64,000 nucleotides of DNA, from positions 20,096 through 84,095 of the forward strand of contig CAYTAU010000003.1 of the NCBI GenBank assembly GCA_964435855.1, read 5' to 3'. Positions 7,892 through 18,067 of the stretch are shown piece by piece (the first letter of the stretch is position 1; each line of letters begins with the position of its first letter). The position numbers and the translations under genes were made by a program. Source of the DNA: an uncultured Bacteroidales bacterium (GTDB lineage Bacteria; Bacteroidota; Bacteroidia; Bacteroidales; CAYTAU01). Below the pieces are notes generated by a model. That model did no database searches. It was given only the letters and a program-made list of their open reading frames with translations, and had not been told where the DNA came from.

Positions 7892-9499
7892 TTACATTCT
7901 AAATACTCCGTTGTTATGTTCAGGATATGGATTATTAAGTGACATTGCAATGCCCATTGCAACAATTTTGCGGGTATCAACAGGGTCAATTATTCCATCG
8001 TCCCAAAGGCGTGCTGTACTGTAATAAGCCGAACCTTCTTTTTCGTATTTGCCCATTATAGCACTTTTCATTTTATCTATTTCCTCTTGTGGCATTTCCT
8101 GCCCTTTAAGTTTGTACTGATCCATTTTTACCTGTATCAATACATTGGCGGCTTGCTCGCCTCCCATTACAGAAATTTTTGCATTTGGCCACATATGTAA
8201 TAATCTTGGGCTGTATGCTCGACCTGCCATACCGTAGTTTCCTGCACCAAATGAGCCACCCATAAGAACTGTGAATTTAGGTACATTTGCATTTGCAACT
8301 GCATGAACCAGTTTTGCTCCGTCTTTTGCAATACCTTTTCTTTCAAAATCTTTACCAACAATAAAACCAGTAATGTTTTGCAAGAATAACAAAGGAATTT
8401 TTCTTGTTGTACAAAGTTCAATAAAGTGAGTAGCTTTTAATGCCGTTTCAGAAAACAAAACACCATTATTGGCAATTATACCAACAGGAAATCCCATTAT
8501 TCGGGCAAATCCTGTAACAATTGTTGTTGCGTATCTTTCTTTAAATTCGTGAAATTTACTTCCATCAACCATTCTCATGATTACCTCTCTTGGGTCAATC
8601 ATTTTTTTAAAGTTAATTGGTGCTATTCCATATAATTCAGTTTGGTCATATAATGGTTCTTCAATTGGTAAAATATCAAGTTTTTGTTTTACTGGCTCTT
8701 TCAGCGATTGGAAAATATTTCGACATATCTGAATTGCATGAGTATCATTTTCCGCCATATGATCTGCTACACCTGAAATTGATGTATGAACTTCTGCTCC
8801 TCCCAACTCTTCGGGAGTAACAACTTCACCGGTTGCAGCTTTTACTAATGGAGGACCTCCAAGAAAAATAGTTCCTTGTTCTTTTACAATGATAGCTTCA
8901 TCACTCATGGCAGGGACATAAGCTCCTCCTGCTGTACACGATCCCATTACAATGGCAATCTGAGGAATACCCATTGCTGAAAATTTTGCCTGATTATAGA
9001 AAAATCTGCCAAAGTGATTTTTATCGGGAAACACTGTGTCTTGCTCAGGCAAGAAAGCTCCTCCACTATCAACCATATAAACACAGGGCAAATGATTTTC
9101 CATTGCTATTTCCTGTGCACGCAAATGTTTTTTAATGGTATATTGCATGTACGTACCGCCTTTAACTGTAGCATCGTTAGCAATTATCACTGTTTCTCTG
9201 CCATGAATAATTCCAATTCCTGTAACAATTCCTGCTGAAGGAAAACCATTATCATAAAGATTATAGGCAGCAAGCGATGATAATTCAAGAAATGGTGTGT
9301 TTGTATCTATTAACAAATTTATTCTTTCGCGTGCAAGCAATTTCCCTCTGGATTTATGTTTTTCAATTGCTTTTTCGGAGCCACCACGAGTAACCGATTT
9401 ATGAATTTCGTTATATTTGTTTAAGAGTTCTTGAAATTCTTCTTTATTCTTTTTAAACTCATCGGAGTTTGTATTAATCTTTGTTTCTAATGTAAACAC
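7892..9499 (-). CDS. 3-methylcrotonyl-CoA carboxylase beta (carboxyltransferase) subunit
   Basis: [62 protein letters not shown] end. Confidence 0.92.
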   Translation of the reverse strand: MFTLETKINTNSDEFKKNKEEFQELLNKYNEIHKSVTRGGSEKAIEKHKSRGKLLARERINLLIDTNTPFLELSSLAAYNLYDNGFPSAGIVTGIGIIHGRETVIIANDATVKGGTYMQYTIKKHLRAQEIAMENHLPCVYMVDSGGAFLPEQDTVFPDKNHFGRFFYNQAKFSAMGIPQIAIVMGSCTAGGAYVPAMSDEAIIVKEQGTIFLGGPPLVKAATGEVVTPEELGGAEVHTSISGVADHMAENDTHAIQICRNIFQSLKEPVKQKLDILPIEEPLYDQTELYGIAPINFKKMIDPREVIMRMVDGSKFHEFKERYATTIVTGFARIMGFPVGIIANNGVLFSETALKATHFIELCTTRKIPLLFLQNITGFIVGKDFERKGIAKDGAKLVHAVANANVPKFTVLMGGSFGAGNYGMAGRAYSPRLLHMWPNAKISVMGGEQAANVLIQVKMDQYKLKGQEMPQEEIDKMKSAIMGKYEKEGSAYYSTARLWDDGIIDPVDTRKIVAMGIAMSLNNPYPEHNNGVFRM

Positions 9500-9700
9500 A
9501 GCTTTTTATTTTTTGATTGATTATTTATATATTTTTTAAAATAATTTTTTAATAAGGCACAAATTTATAAAAAAAAATGATTTTTCATATTGTAAACAGG
9601 TGTTGTTTAAAATAAAAAAAGTTGATATGAACTATATTTAATACAATACATTGCTTCTGATTGTACCTTAAATATCCTGAATTAAATTTTAAAATTGAAT

Positions 9701-10777
9701 TTACTTATATTCTTTAACTTCTACTTCACCTTTAAGAACCATAAAACAATTCATTGCAAGTGCCATCATTTCGTCTTCGCCCGGATATATCATTACATTA
9801 CCAATATGCTTAACTCTTTCTGTAATAAGGTCGGTAAATTTTTCGCTGTATGCTATGCCACCTGTAAGAATAATGATATCAACATTGCCTTTTAGCACTG
9901 TGCTCATAGCACCAATGAGTTTTGCTATCTGGTATGCCATTGCATTATATATTAATGTAGCTTTTTTGTTTCCTTCTTCTACTAATTCTTCAATTTCAAC
10001 CATATTATTTGTACCCATGTATGCAATAACACCACCGCCTCCTTTTAATTTGTGCAATATTTCATATTTTGTGTATTTTCCGGAAAAACAAAGATTAACA
10101 AGTTGTCCTGATGGAATTCCACCTGCTCTTTCAGGAGAAAACGGACCATCGCCGTTAAGCCCGTTATTAGTATCAATAACTCGTCCTTTGCAATGTGCAC
10201 CAACTGTAATGCCTCCGCCTATGTGAGCAACAATTATATTAAGGTCTTCGTATTTCAATCCTTTTTCTTTGGCATACCTGCGTGCAACAGCTTTTTGATT
10301 TAATGTATGCAGAAAACTAAGCCTTGGTATTTCAGGAATGCCTGATATTCGTGCTATTTCGTCCATTTCATCAACGCAAACCGGATCGGCAATGTAAGCG
10401 TTTATATTTTTTCCTGCCATCTTGGCAATTTCATAAGCAATAATTCCGCCCAAATTTGATACATGTTCGCCAATAGGGTTTTTAGCATCTTCAATCATTG
10501 TTTTGTTTACTTTATAAACACCGCCTTCAATCGGTTTTAATAATCCTCCTCTGCCAATAACTGCACTAACTTTTTTTATATCAATACTGGCTTCCGATAA
10601 CTCTTTAAGTATTTTTTCTTTGCGATATTTATACTGATCTGATATATTCTCAAATTTTGATATGTCTTCAACAGAATGTTTGATATTTTTAAGAAATATC
10701 AATTTTGTATTTATAGTTACAGCTACTTTTGTTGAAGTAGAACCCGGGTTTATTACTATAATCTTAAAAAAACTCAT
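9701..10777 (-). CDS. buk: butyrate/branched-chain carboxylate kinase
   Basis: INPGSTSTK, GRGGLLKP, DPVCVDE, GPFSPERAG, YPGEDEM. Confidence 0.95.
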   Translation of the reverse strand: MSFFKIIVINPGSTSTKVAVTINTKLIFLKNIKHSVEDISKFENISDQYKYRKEKILKELSEASIDIKKVSAVIGRGGLLKPIEGGVYKVNKTMIEDAKNPIGEHVSNLGGIIAYEIAKMAGKNINAYIADPVCVDEMDEIARISGIPEIPRLSFLHTLNQKAVARRYAKEKGLKYEDLNIIVAHIGGGITVGAHCKGRVIDTNNGLNGDGPFSPERAGGIPSGQLVNLCFSGKYTKYEILHKLKGGGGVIAYMGTNNMVEIEELVEEGNKKATLIYNAMAYQIAKLIGAMSTVLKGNVDIIILTGGIAYSEKFTDLITERVKHIGNVMIYPGEDEMMALAMNCFMVLKGEVEVKEYK

Positions 10778-10921
10778 AATATTTAATATGTTAATGTGTG
10801 TTTGTTCGCTTTGCTCATGTTATTCCATTGTCATTGATATCTAATCTTGATTTCATATTTGCAAAATATTTATCAAAGCCTTATCAATAGTGCATTTTTT
10901 TAGTTATATACTAATGATAAA

Positions 10922-11827
10922 TTAATTGTCAGTTATTGCAGCAGCTAATGCTATTGATAAAAACTTACTTTTTTCACTATCTGATCTTGATGTTAACACA
11001 ATTGGAACTTTTGCTCCCATAACTACAGAAGCAGAAACTCCTCCACCTATAAATGCAATGCTTTTATATAGAATATTTCCGGAATTAATATCAGGAACCA
11101 GAATAATATCGCATTCACCCGCCACATAACTTCTAATTCCTTTATGCTCGGCAGATTCTTTTGAAACTGCATTATCAAGAGCTAATGGTCCGTCAATAAT
11201 GCAATTTTTAATTTGTCCTCTTCTATTCATTTGCGTTAAAGCAGCTGCATGTACTGTTGCTTCCATTTTAGGGTTAACAACTTCAACTGCTCCAATAACC
11301 GCAACTCTTGGGATTTTTACTCCAAGTTTATGAAATGCTTCAACGGCATTTTTTACAATAGCCAGCTTTTCGTTAAGGTCTGGTGTAATATTCATTGCTG
11401 CATCGGTAATTCCAAATATTTTATGATAATATGGACTTTCAAAAAATGCAATATGACTTAATACTTTTTCTTTTCGCAATCCTCTTTCTTTATCAAGAAC
11501 TGCTTTTAATAATGGACCTGTACTTACCATTCCTTTCATTAATATTTCTCCACCTCCATTGCTTATAATAGTAACCGCTAGTTGTGCCGCCTTAACAGAA
11601 TTTGCAATATCAATAATTTCTATTTCTTTAAGATCAAAGCTAATCTCCTTACTTATTTTTGTTATTATTTTTCTATCTCCAACGAGAATGGGATTAATAA
11701 TGCCTTCTTTTTTTGCATCACGAACAGCAACAAGTACATGATGATCTGCTGCAGCAGCAACAACAAGTCGTATTGTTTTTTTGCCTTTTGCAATCTCAAC
11801 AAATTGTGATAGTGTTTTTAGTTTCAT
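10922..11827 (-). CDS. ptb: phosphate butyryltransferase
   Basis: LMKGMV, TDAAMNI, DGPLALDNA, PIVLTSRSD; adjacent to buk. Confidence 0.9.
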   Translation of the reverse strand: MKLKTLSQFVEIAKGKKTIRLVVAAAADHHVLVAVRDAKKEGIINPILVGDRKIITKISKEISFDLKEIEIIDIANSVKAAQLAVTIISNGGGEILMKGMVSTGPLLKAVLDKERGLRKEKVLSHIAFFESPYYHKIFGITDAAMNITPDLNEKLAIVKNAVEAFHKLGVKIPRVAVIGAVEVVNPKMEATVHAAALTQMNRRGQIKNCIIDGPLALDNAVSKESAEHKGIRSYVAGECDIILVPDINSGNILYKSIAFIGGGVSASVVMGAKVPIVLTSRSDSEKSKFLSIALAAAITDN

Positions 11828-11839
11828 ATTTTTATTTTT

Positions 11840-11953
11840 TTAGACGCTGATTAACGCTGATTTTTATGATTCTTTTTTTTCTTATCATACATGATCTGTG
11901 TTCATCTGCGTCTAATTTTTTCTTATTATAATAATCTTTGTTCATCTGTGTCA
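11840..11953. repeat. imperfect inverted repeat made of tandem ACGC(A/T)GAT units
   Basis: TTAGACGCTGATTAACGCTGAT (11840-11861) vs ATCTGTGTTCATCTGCGTCTAA (11894-11915); extra right arm ATCTTTGTTCATCTGTGTCA near 11934-11953. Confidence 0.75.
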
Positions 11954-11968
11954 GTTATTTCACATAGT

Positions 11969-13171
11969 TTATCTGTTAACAATTTTTAAAGTATCTCTGG
12001 CAATAACTAATTCTTCGTTAGTTGGAACAACTAGAACTTTAACTTTTGAATCAGGCATTGAAATATCTGTTAGTTTAGCTCGTAAACCATTATTAACTTC
12101 ATTGTTAAACTCGACTCCCATATATTCTAAACCTTCGCATATTGCTTTACGGGTTTCATATCCGTTTTCACCAATTCCGCCTGTAAATACAATAATATCA
12201 ACACCACCCATTGCAGCAGCATAGGCACCAATATATTTCTTCACTCTATAGAAATACATATCCAGGCCCAGTTTGGCTCTTTCATTACCATTTTCCCAGG
12301 CTTCAATTTCTATCTCTCTCATATCTGAAGAAACTCCGGTAATTCCCAACATACCACTATGCTTATTAAACAAGGCATTTGATGCAGCTATGCCAATCTC
12401 TTCCTTATCCATAATATAAGTCAGTATTCCAAGGTCAAGATCACCTGAGCGTGTACCCATTATCAGTCCCTCTGTTGGTGTAAATCCCATTGAAGTATCA
12501 ACAGACTTACCGTTTTTAATTGCAGTTACTGAAGCTCCGTTTCCAAGATGGCAAGTAATAATTTTTAAGCTATTGTAATCTTTACCCAGAAATTCTGCGG
12601 CTGTTTCAGAAACATATTTATGACTTGTTCCGTGAAATCCATATCTTCTGATTCCATATTTTTTATATAATGAATATGGGATTCCATACATATAAGAATG
12701 CTGAGGCATTGTATGATGAAAAGAGGTATCAAAAACACCAACCTGAGGCACATCAGGAATTAAGACAGAAATTGCTTCAATTCCTTTCAGATTAGCAGGA
12801 TTATGGAGAGGAGCCAGATCGACCAGTTCATTCACAACTTCTATTACCTCATCCGTAATCATAGTTGATTCATGAAATCTTTCGCCACCATGAGCAACTC
12901 TGTGCCCCACAGCGTTAATTTCTTTCAAATTTTTAATGCAGCCATGTTTTTCACTTATTAATATTCCAAGAATATATTCTATACCTATTTTATGGTCAAG
13001 TATTTCACCTTCAAATTTTACTTTTTGTCCTGATTGTTTTTCATGTTTAATGACAGATCCTTTGAGTCCAACTTTATCAACAATACCTTTTACAATAATA
13101 GTTTGACCAATCATTTCAAAAAGTTGGTATTTTATTGATGAACTTCCACAGTTTAATACTAATATTTTCAT
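11969..13171 (-). CDS. ackA: acetate kinase
   Basis: NCGSSSIKY, GHRVAHGG, APLHNP, RYGFHGTSH, TSMGFTP, PTNEE. Confidence 0.97.
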   Translation of the reverse strand: MKILVLNCGSSSIKYQLFEMIGQTIIVKGIVDKVGLKGSVIKHEKQSGQKVKFEGEILDHKIGIEYILGILISEKHGCIKNLKEINAVGHRVAHGGERFHESTMITDEVIEVVNELVDLAPLHNPANLKGIEAISVLIPDVPQVGVFDTSFHHTMPQHSYMYGIPYSLYKKYGIRRYGFHGTSHKYVSETAAEFLGKDYNSLKIITCHLGNGASVTAIKNGKSVDTSMGFTPTEGLIMGTRSGDLDLGILTYIMDKEEIGIAASNALFNKHSGMLGITGVSSDMREIEIEAWENGNERAKLGLDMYFYRVKKYIGAYAAAMGGVDIIVFTGGIGENGYETRKAICEGLEYMGVEFNNEVNNGLRAKLTDISMPDSKVKVLVVPTNEELVIARDTLKIVNR

Positions 13172-13264
13172 TTTTTCTATTTTTATTTTTTATGCCAAAA
13201 ACTGTATGTTGCTAATAATCATTCTACTTTGTGATATCAAATGATTACTTTTTACATATTTGTT

Positions 13265-14218
13265 TCACTTAACTTTATATATTCTTTTGCCTTTTTCATT
13301 ATACTTATAAAAACCCATACCTGTTCTTCTGCCTAAGTTATTTGAACGAACTAGTTTTTTCAATATAGGTGAAGCTTTATATTTCATATCACCAAATTCT
13401 CCATAAAGATTATCGAGCCACCTTACAACCTTATCGATACCAATTTTATCTGCCATTTCAAAAGGTCCAATACCAAAACTATCTTTTATTGTTTTGTCAA
13501 TATCCTCTTTAGAACCTACGCTTTCCATCATTACTTCACATGCCTCGTTAACTAATACAGCATAAAGTCTTACACTAATAAGTCCAGGGGATTCTCCAAC
13601 AGGGACTGCAACTTTCTGAAGTAATTTTGTGAATTTTTTTACACGTTTACAAGTTTCATCACTAGTAAATAAACCCCTGACAACCTCAATAATGTTTGCA
13701 TCAGGTGTAGAAGTTGAAAAATGCAGGCTCACACAACGGTCATTATGTTTAAGTTCGGATGACAGTTCTGTAATTACAGTAGTTGTTGAATTAGTTGCAA
13801 TAATTGTATCAGGCTTAACATATTTTTCAATATTTTTAAAAATTACCTTTCTTTCCTCAACCATCATTTCTCTGGTTTTTGACTTGATAGCATCGATTAC
13901 AATATCGCATCCTGTTAAACTTTTATAATCGATACTTCCATGAATTCTCGACATAATAAGTCGTTTTTCAGTATTTGTCATACCCCAATGATCAATCATT
14001 CTATCAAGTGTCATTTCGATTTCGATAAGGGCATGTTTTATTTTTTCTTTGGATAATTCGATAAAGATAACATCCATACCATTCGTACTTATCATACGTG
14101 CAATATTTTGTCCCACCGAGCCACATCCTACTATTCCGACTTTTGAAAAAAGTTCTTTTGGGACTTTTTTTTGACCAAGACCGTATTTTTCTACAGGTTC
14201 TATAATTACTTCTGACAT
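13265..14218 (-). CDS. 3-hydroxyacyl-CoA dehydrogenase family protein (atypical active site)
   Basis: GCGSVG Rossmann motif, ATNSTT, GPFEMADKIGID, LGRRTGMGFY. Confidence 0.8.
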   Translation of the reverse strand: MSEVIIEPVEKYGLGQKKVPKELFSKVGIVGCGSVGQNIARMISTNGMDVIFIELSKEKIKHALIEIEMTLDRMIDHWGMTNTEKRLIMSRIHGSIDYKSLTGCDIVIDAIKSKTREMMVEERKVIFKNIEKYVKPDTIIATNSTTTVITELSSELKHNDRCVSLHFSTSTPDANIIEVVRGLFTSDETCKRVKKFTKLLQKVAVPVGESPGLISVRLYAVLVNEACEVMMESVGSKEDIDKTIKDSFGIGPFEMADKIGIDKVVRWLDNLYGEFGDMKYKASPILKKLVRSNNLGRRTGMGFYKYNEKGKRIYKVK

Positions 14219-14273
14219 ATTGTAAAATATAAATATTTAGTTAATCATTAAATTTAAAATAAAAAAGTTGGCA

Positions 14274-15275
14274 TTAAATGTTAGTTGCTTGATTTGCTGT
14301 TATTGCAACAAGGTTGATAATATCACTAACAGAGCATCCTCTTGAAAGATCGTTAATTGGTGCTGCCATGCCTTGTAAAATTGGTCCTATTGCTTCAGCA
14401 CCTGCCATTCTTTGAACAAGTTTATAGGCAATATTTCCTGATTCTAAAGTAGGAAATACAAGAACGTTGGCTTTTCCGGCAATTTCGCTACCGGGAGCTT
14501 TTTTTTGACCAATTGCTTCAATGATTGCCGCATCTGCCTGTAATTCACCATCAATTTTCAATAACGGGTCCATTTCTCTTGCAATATTTGTTGCTTCAAC
14601 TACTTTATCAACCATTTCGTGTTTCGCACTTCCTTTTGTTGAGAAACTTAACATAGCAACTCTTGGTTCCATTTTGGCAATTGCTTTTGTTGTTTTTGCT
14701 GTAGCTATTGCTATTTCTGCTAATTCTATTGCTGTTGGATCGGGGTGTACAGCACAATCGGCAAATACTATCATGCCATTATTACCATATTGTTTATCTT
14801 TTAAAATCATAATAAATGCACCTGAAACAACGCTAATATCAGGCAATGTTTTTACATATTGAAATGCAGGGCGAAGCACATCGCCTGTAGCATTCATAGC
14901 ACCGGCAACTTCACCATCTGCATCACCTGCTTTTATCATAACTGTGGCAAGATATAGTGGGTCTTCTATTTGTTTTAAAGCCATTTCTTTAGTCATCCCT
15001 TTATGCTTTCTTAATTCTACCATTATGTCTGCATAAGCATCTTTTTTTTCATGACTAACAGGATCAATAATTTTAGCACTTTCAATATTATTCAGGCTAA
15101 ATTCTGTGGCTTTGTTCCTTATTTCATCAGGGTTGCCAATTAAAATAATCTGAGCAATGCCTTCAGCAATAATTTCGTTAGCTGCTTTTAGAGTTCTTTC
15201 TTCTGTTCCTTCAGGTAAAACAATTCTTTTGTTATACTTTTTTGCATTTTCTTTAATCTCATTTAACAAATTCAT
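14274..15275 (-). CDS. pta: phosphate acetyltransferase
   Basis: IVLPEG, FADCAV, LSFSTKGS, DGELQADAA, GNIAYK, NDLSRG. Confidence 0.96.
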   Translation of the reverse strand: MNLLNEIKENAKKYNKRIVLPEGTEERTLKAANEIIAEGIAQIILIGNPDEIRNKATEFSLNNIESAKIIDPVSHEKKDAYADIMVELRKHKGMTKEMALKQIEDPLYLATVMIKAGDADGEVAGAMNATGDVLRPAFQYVKTLPDISVVSGAFIMILKDKQYGNNGMIVFADCAVHPDPTAIELAEIAIATAKTTKAIAKMEPRVAMLSFSTKGSAKHEMVDKVVEATNIAREMDPLLKIDGELQADAAIIEAIGQKKAPGSEIAGKANVLVFPTLESGNIAYKLVQRMAGAEAIGPILQGMAAPINDLSRGCSVSDIINLVAITANQATNI

Positions 15276-15418
15276 TGCATATCAATTGTTTAATAAGTTT
15301 TATAAATTGTGAATTTTAGTAAAATATTGCTTTACAAGATAATGTAATTATTTAATTTTTACATTTTTTTTTTAGTGTTTAAAAACAATAAAAACATATA
15401 ATATGCTTATTAATAAAT

Positions 15419-16369
15419 TTAAACTTTTATTCTATAAATAAAAAACGAACCTATAAGAGCAGGAATTGCCAGATTAATAATCCATAATATAATTGATGCT
15501 GAAAGCGTTCCTGTAAAATCTGAAATAAATAATTCTGTGAAATAAATCATTACAGAGCCTCTAATTCCTAATTCTGCAAGTGTAATTGAAGGAATTAATG
15601 CCATAATAAAATATGTTGCAACAATTATAAGAATAGCTTCATGTAAAGGCAAATTGACATCAAAGAAAATAAAGAGCAAATAAAATTGAATTAGAAAAAT
15701 AAAATATCTAACAATACTTAATAATAATACTTTTAATAGTTCTTTTTTGGAATATGAAGAAAATATGATAAAATTTTCTTTGTATTTATCTAACCACCTT
15801 ATTTTTGATAATAGCCAATTAATAATTTTAACATTAAAATAAAATGTAATAGAAAATATTGCAATTAAAAACATTAAACTAATTACAATGTATAATTGAC
15901 TTAAATTAAATTGAAACTTATTTAATAATATTAAGACTATTACTGATAAGCTACCCAAAAATATAGTTGTTGTTAATTGGCTAATACTACCAACAATTGT
16001 AGAGAATATTGCTTTTGTTCTGTTGTGATTTTTCAGTACAAAAATTCTACCTGCAAATTCGCCCGTTCTGTTTGGGGTAAATATTGCAACCGTGATTCCT
16101 GATAAAACTGCTTTGAAGGAAATTAATGTTGGGACTTTTTCAAATTTAGAAATTAATAATTTCCATTTAATTGCTTCTATCATCCAATTGGCAAACATTA
16201 ATACAAAAACAATTAAAAATAATAATATCCCATTAATATTAATTTTGAATAATTCGGATAGTGTGCTTTGCAATTCTTCATACTCGTATAACTTGTACAC
16301 AATAAAGCTATACGAAGCAATAATAATTAACAGTTTTAAAATTAATTTTATGTTTTTATTGATTTTCAT
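15419..16369 (-). CDS. lysylphosphatidylglycerol-synthase-TM/flippase-like membrane protein
   Basis: multi-TM; NWMIEAIKW, TPNRTGEFAGR, ELGIRG. Confidence 0.75.
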   Translation of the reverse strand: MKINKNIKLILKLLIIIASYSFIVYKLYEYEELQSTLSELFKININGILLFLIVFVLMFANWMIEAIKWKLLISKFEKVPTLISFKAVLSGITVAIFTPNRTGEFAGRIFVLKNHNRTKAIFSTIVGSISQLTTTIFLGSLSVIVLILLNKFQFNLSQLYIVISLMFLIAIFSITFYFNVKIINWLLSKIRWLDKYKENFIIFSSYSKKELLKVLLLSIVRYFIFLIQFYLLFIFFDVNLPLHEAILIIVATYFIMALIPSITLAELGIRGSVMIYFTELFISDFTGTLSASIILWIINLAIPALIGSFFIYRIKV

Positions 16370-16442
16370 TTTTAAAGAAAAACAAATATACGTTTTTAAT
16401 GGAATGTTTTTTATTTTTGACTTCTAATAAAATTAAGAATTA

Positions 16443-17225
16443 TTGAAAGCACATAGTAATCCCAAAAAAAGTTTAGGGCAACATTTTCTTGTCGATAAAA
16501 ATATTGCCAATAAAATAGTTAATAGCCTTACTGATAAAACAGCGAGAAATGTAATTGAAGTTGGTCCGGGAAGGGGAGTATTAACGGAAATACTTTATGA
16601 GAAATATAAGGAGAAATTATTTCCGATTGAGATTGATACTGAATTATTTAACCAATTATCGAACAAATTTCCGGTACTAAAGAATAATATTTTTAATGTT
16701 GATTTTTTAAAATTTGATATTTTAAAAGAATTTACAGAACAAACATCAGTGATAGGAAATTTTCCATATAATATTTCAAACCGAATATTTTTTAAAATAT
16801 TAGAGAGTAAGCAAATAATACCTGAAGTTGTTTGCATGATTCAAAAAGAAGTTGCTGAAAGAATTAATTCAAAATCGGGCAATAAGGTTTATGGAATTTT
16901 AAGTGTTTTGCTTCGGGCATTCTATAATATTGAATATCTTTTTACTGTTAATGAAACTGTTTTTGACCCACCACCAAAAATAAAATCGGCTGTAATACGA
17001 TTAAGTCGTAAGGATGATTTTTCAATTGATTGCAATGAAAAAGATTTTTTTATAATTGTAAAAACAGCTTTTAATCAGCGAAGAAAAATGTTGAGAAACT
17101 CACTTAAAAGTTTGTTGCAAGATAAAAATATTGAAAATGAAATTTTAACGAAAAGACCTGAACAGCTTTCTGTTAAAGAATTTGTTTATTTAACTAACCT
17201 TTTAATGCCAATTACACTTTCTTGA
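16443..17225 (+). CDS. rsmA: 16S rRNA adenine dimethyltransferase KsgA
   Basis: KKSLGQHFL, EVGPGRG, GNFPYNIS, QKEVAER, PPPKIKS, FNQRRK. Confidence 0.96.
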   Translation: MKAHSNPKKSLGQHFLVDKNIANKIVNSLTDKTARNVIEVGPGRGVLTEILYEKYKEKLFPIEIDTELFNQLSNKFPVLKNNIFNVDFLKFDILKEFTEQTSVIGNFPYNISNRIFFKILESKQIIPEVVCMIQKEVAERINSKSGNKVYGILSVLLRAFYNIEYLFTVNETVFDPPPKIKSAVIRLSRKDDFSIDCNEKDFFIIVKTAFNQRRKMLRNSLKSLLQDKNIENEILTKRPEQLSVKEFVYLTNLLMPITLS

Positions 17226-17242
17226 CATATTTGCTTAAGTTC

Positions 17243-17911
17243 TTAAAAGGCAAATCCTACGTTAAATCCTAAAATTAATTTTAAATCGCCTTTATAAAGC
17301 ATAAAATCTTCTTGATCATCCAAAAGAGTGTTAACCTGATTATAATGTTCAATCCATGCATTGTCTCTATAACCGAGTCCAAGATATGTTTCTATTGTAA
17401 ATTTATTGAAAACAAATTGATAACCTACAATACCATTATAATTAACATAAACTGCTTTAATGTAATTGTCAACATTATTATAATACTTTGTGGAAAATTT
17501 ACAATAAGAGTAAGAAAAATGCGGACCTATATATAATCCTTTAGGAGCCTCGTCTCTCGTTAAAAATATTTTATATGTTAATTGAATTCTATAACCTCTT
17601 ACCAAAAATTTAATACTATTTGGATCATTTTTTTCCATTAACAATAAATAAAAACTTTTACCTAAATATGATGCACCAATTTGAAATGATTGATCATCTG
17701 ACAATACCGTTTCATAAGACAGACGATATTCTGCGGCAAACATTATTGGACCAACAAGCATTGCAAAAGGGTTTGTTTTTAATGTTGAATTATAAAATTG
17801 TAAACCTTTGATATCTTCTTTGGTTCTCAAAATTTGACCATATACAATATTGCTGAATAACAATATTAAAATAATCAATATGTATTTTTGAGCTTTATTC
17901 AATTTTTTCAA
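17243..17911 (-). CDS. putative outer-membrane beta-barrel protein (DUF3575-like)
   Basis: signal peptide, LKTNP, alternating aromatic strands, C-terminal GFNVGFAF. Confidence 0.6.
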   Translation of the reverse strand: MKKLNKAQKYILIILILLFSNIVYGQILRTKEDIKGLQFYNSTLKTNPFAMLVGPIMFAAEYRLSYETVLSDDQSFQIGASYLGKSFYLLLMEKNDPNSIKFLVRGYRIQLTYKIFLTRDEAPKGLYIGPHFSYSYCKFSTKYYNNVDNYIKAVYVNYNGIVGYQFVFNKFTIETYLGLGYRDNAWIEHYNQVNTLLDDQEDFMLYKGDLKLILGFNVGFAF

Positions 17912-18067
17912 TTAATAATTACAAAACGACATATTTTTCATGCAAAAATACATAAAAAATGTGTGAAAAAAATTATAAGGAGATTCTCTTGCTAAAACAA
18001 AACAAGTTCTCTGACAAGATTAGATTATTTTTTTACAGAGAAAATTTAAGCTTATAATATTACGATA

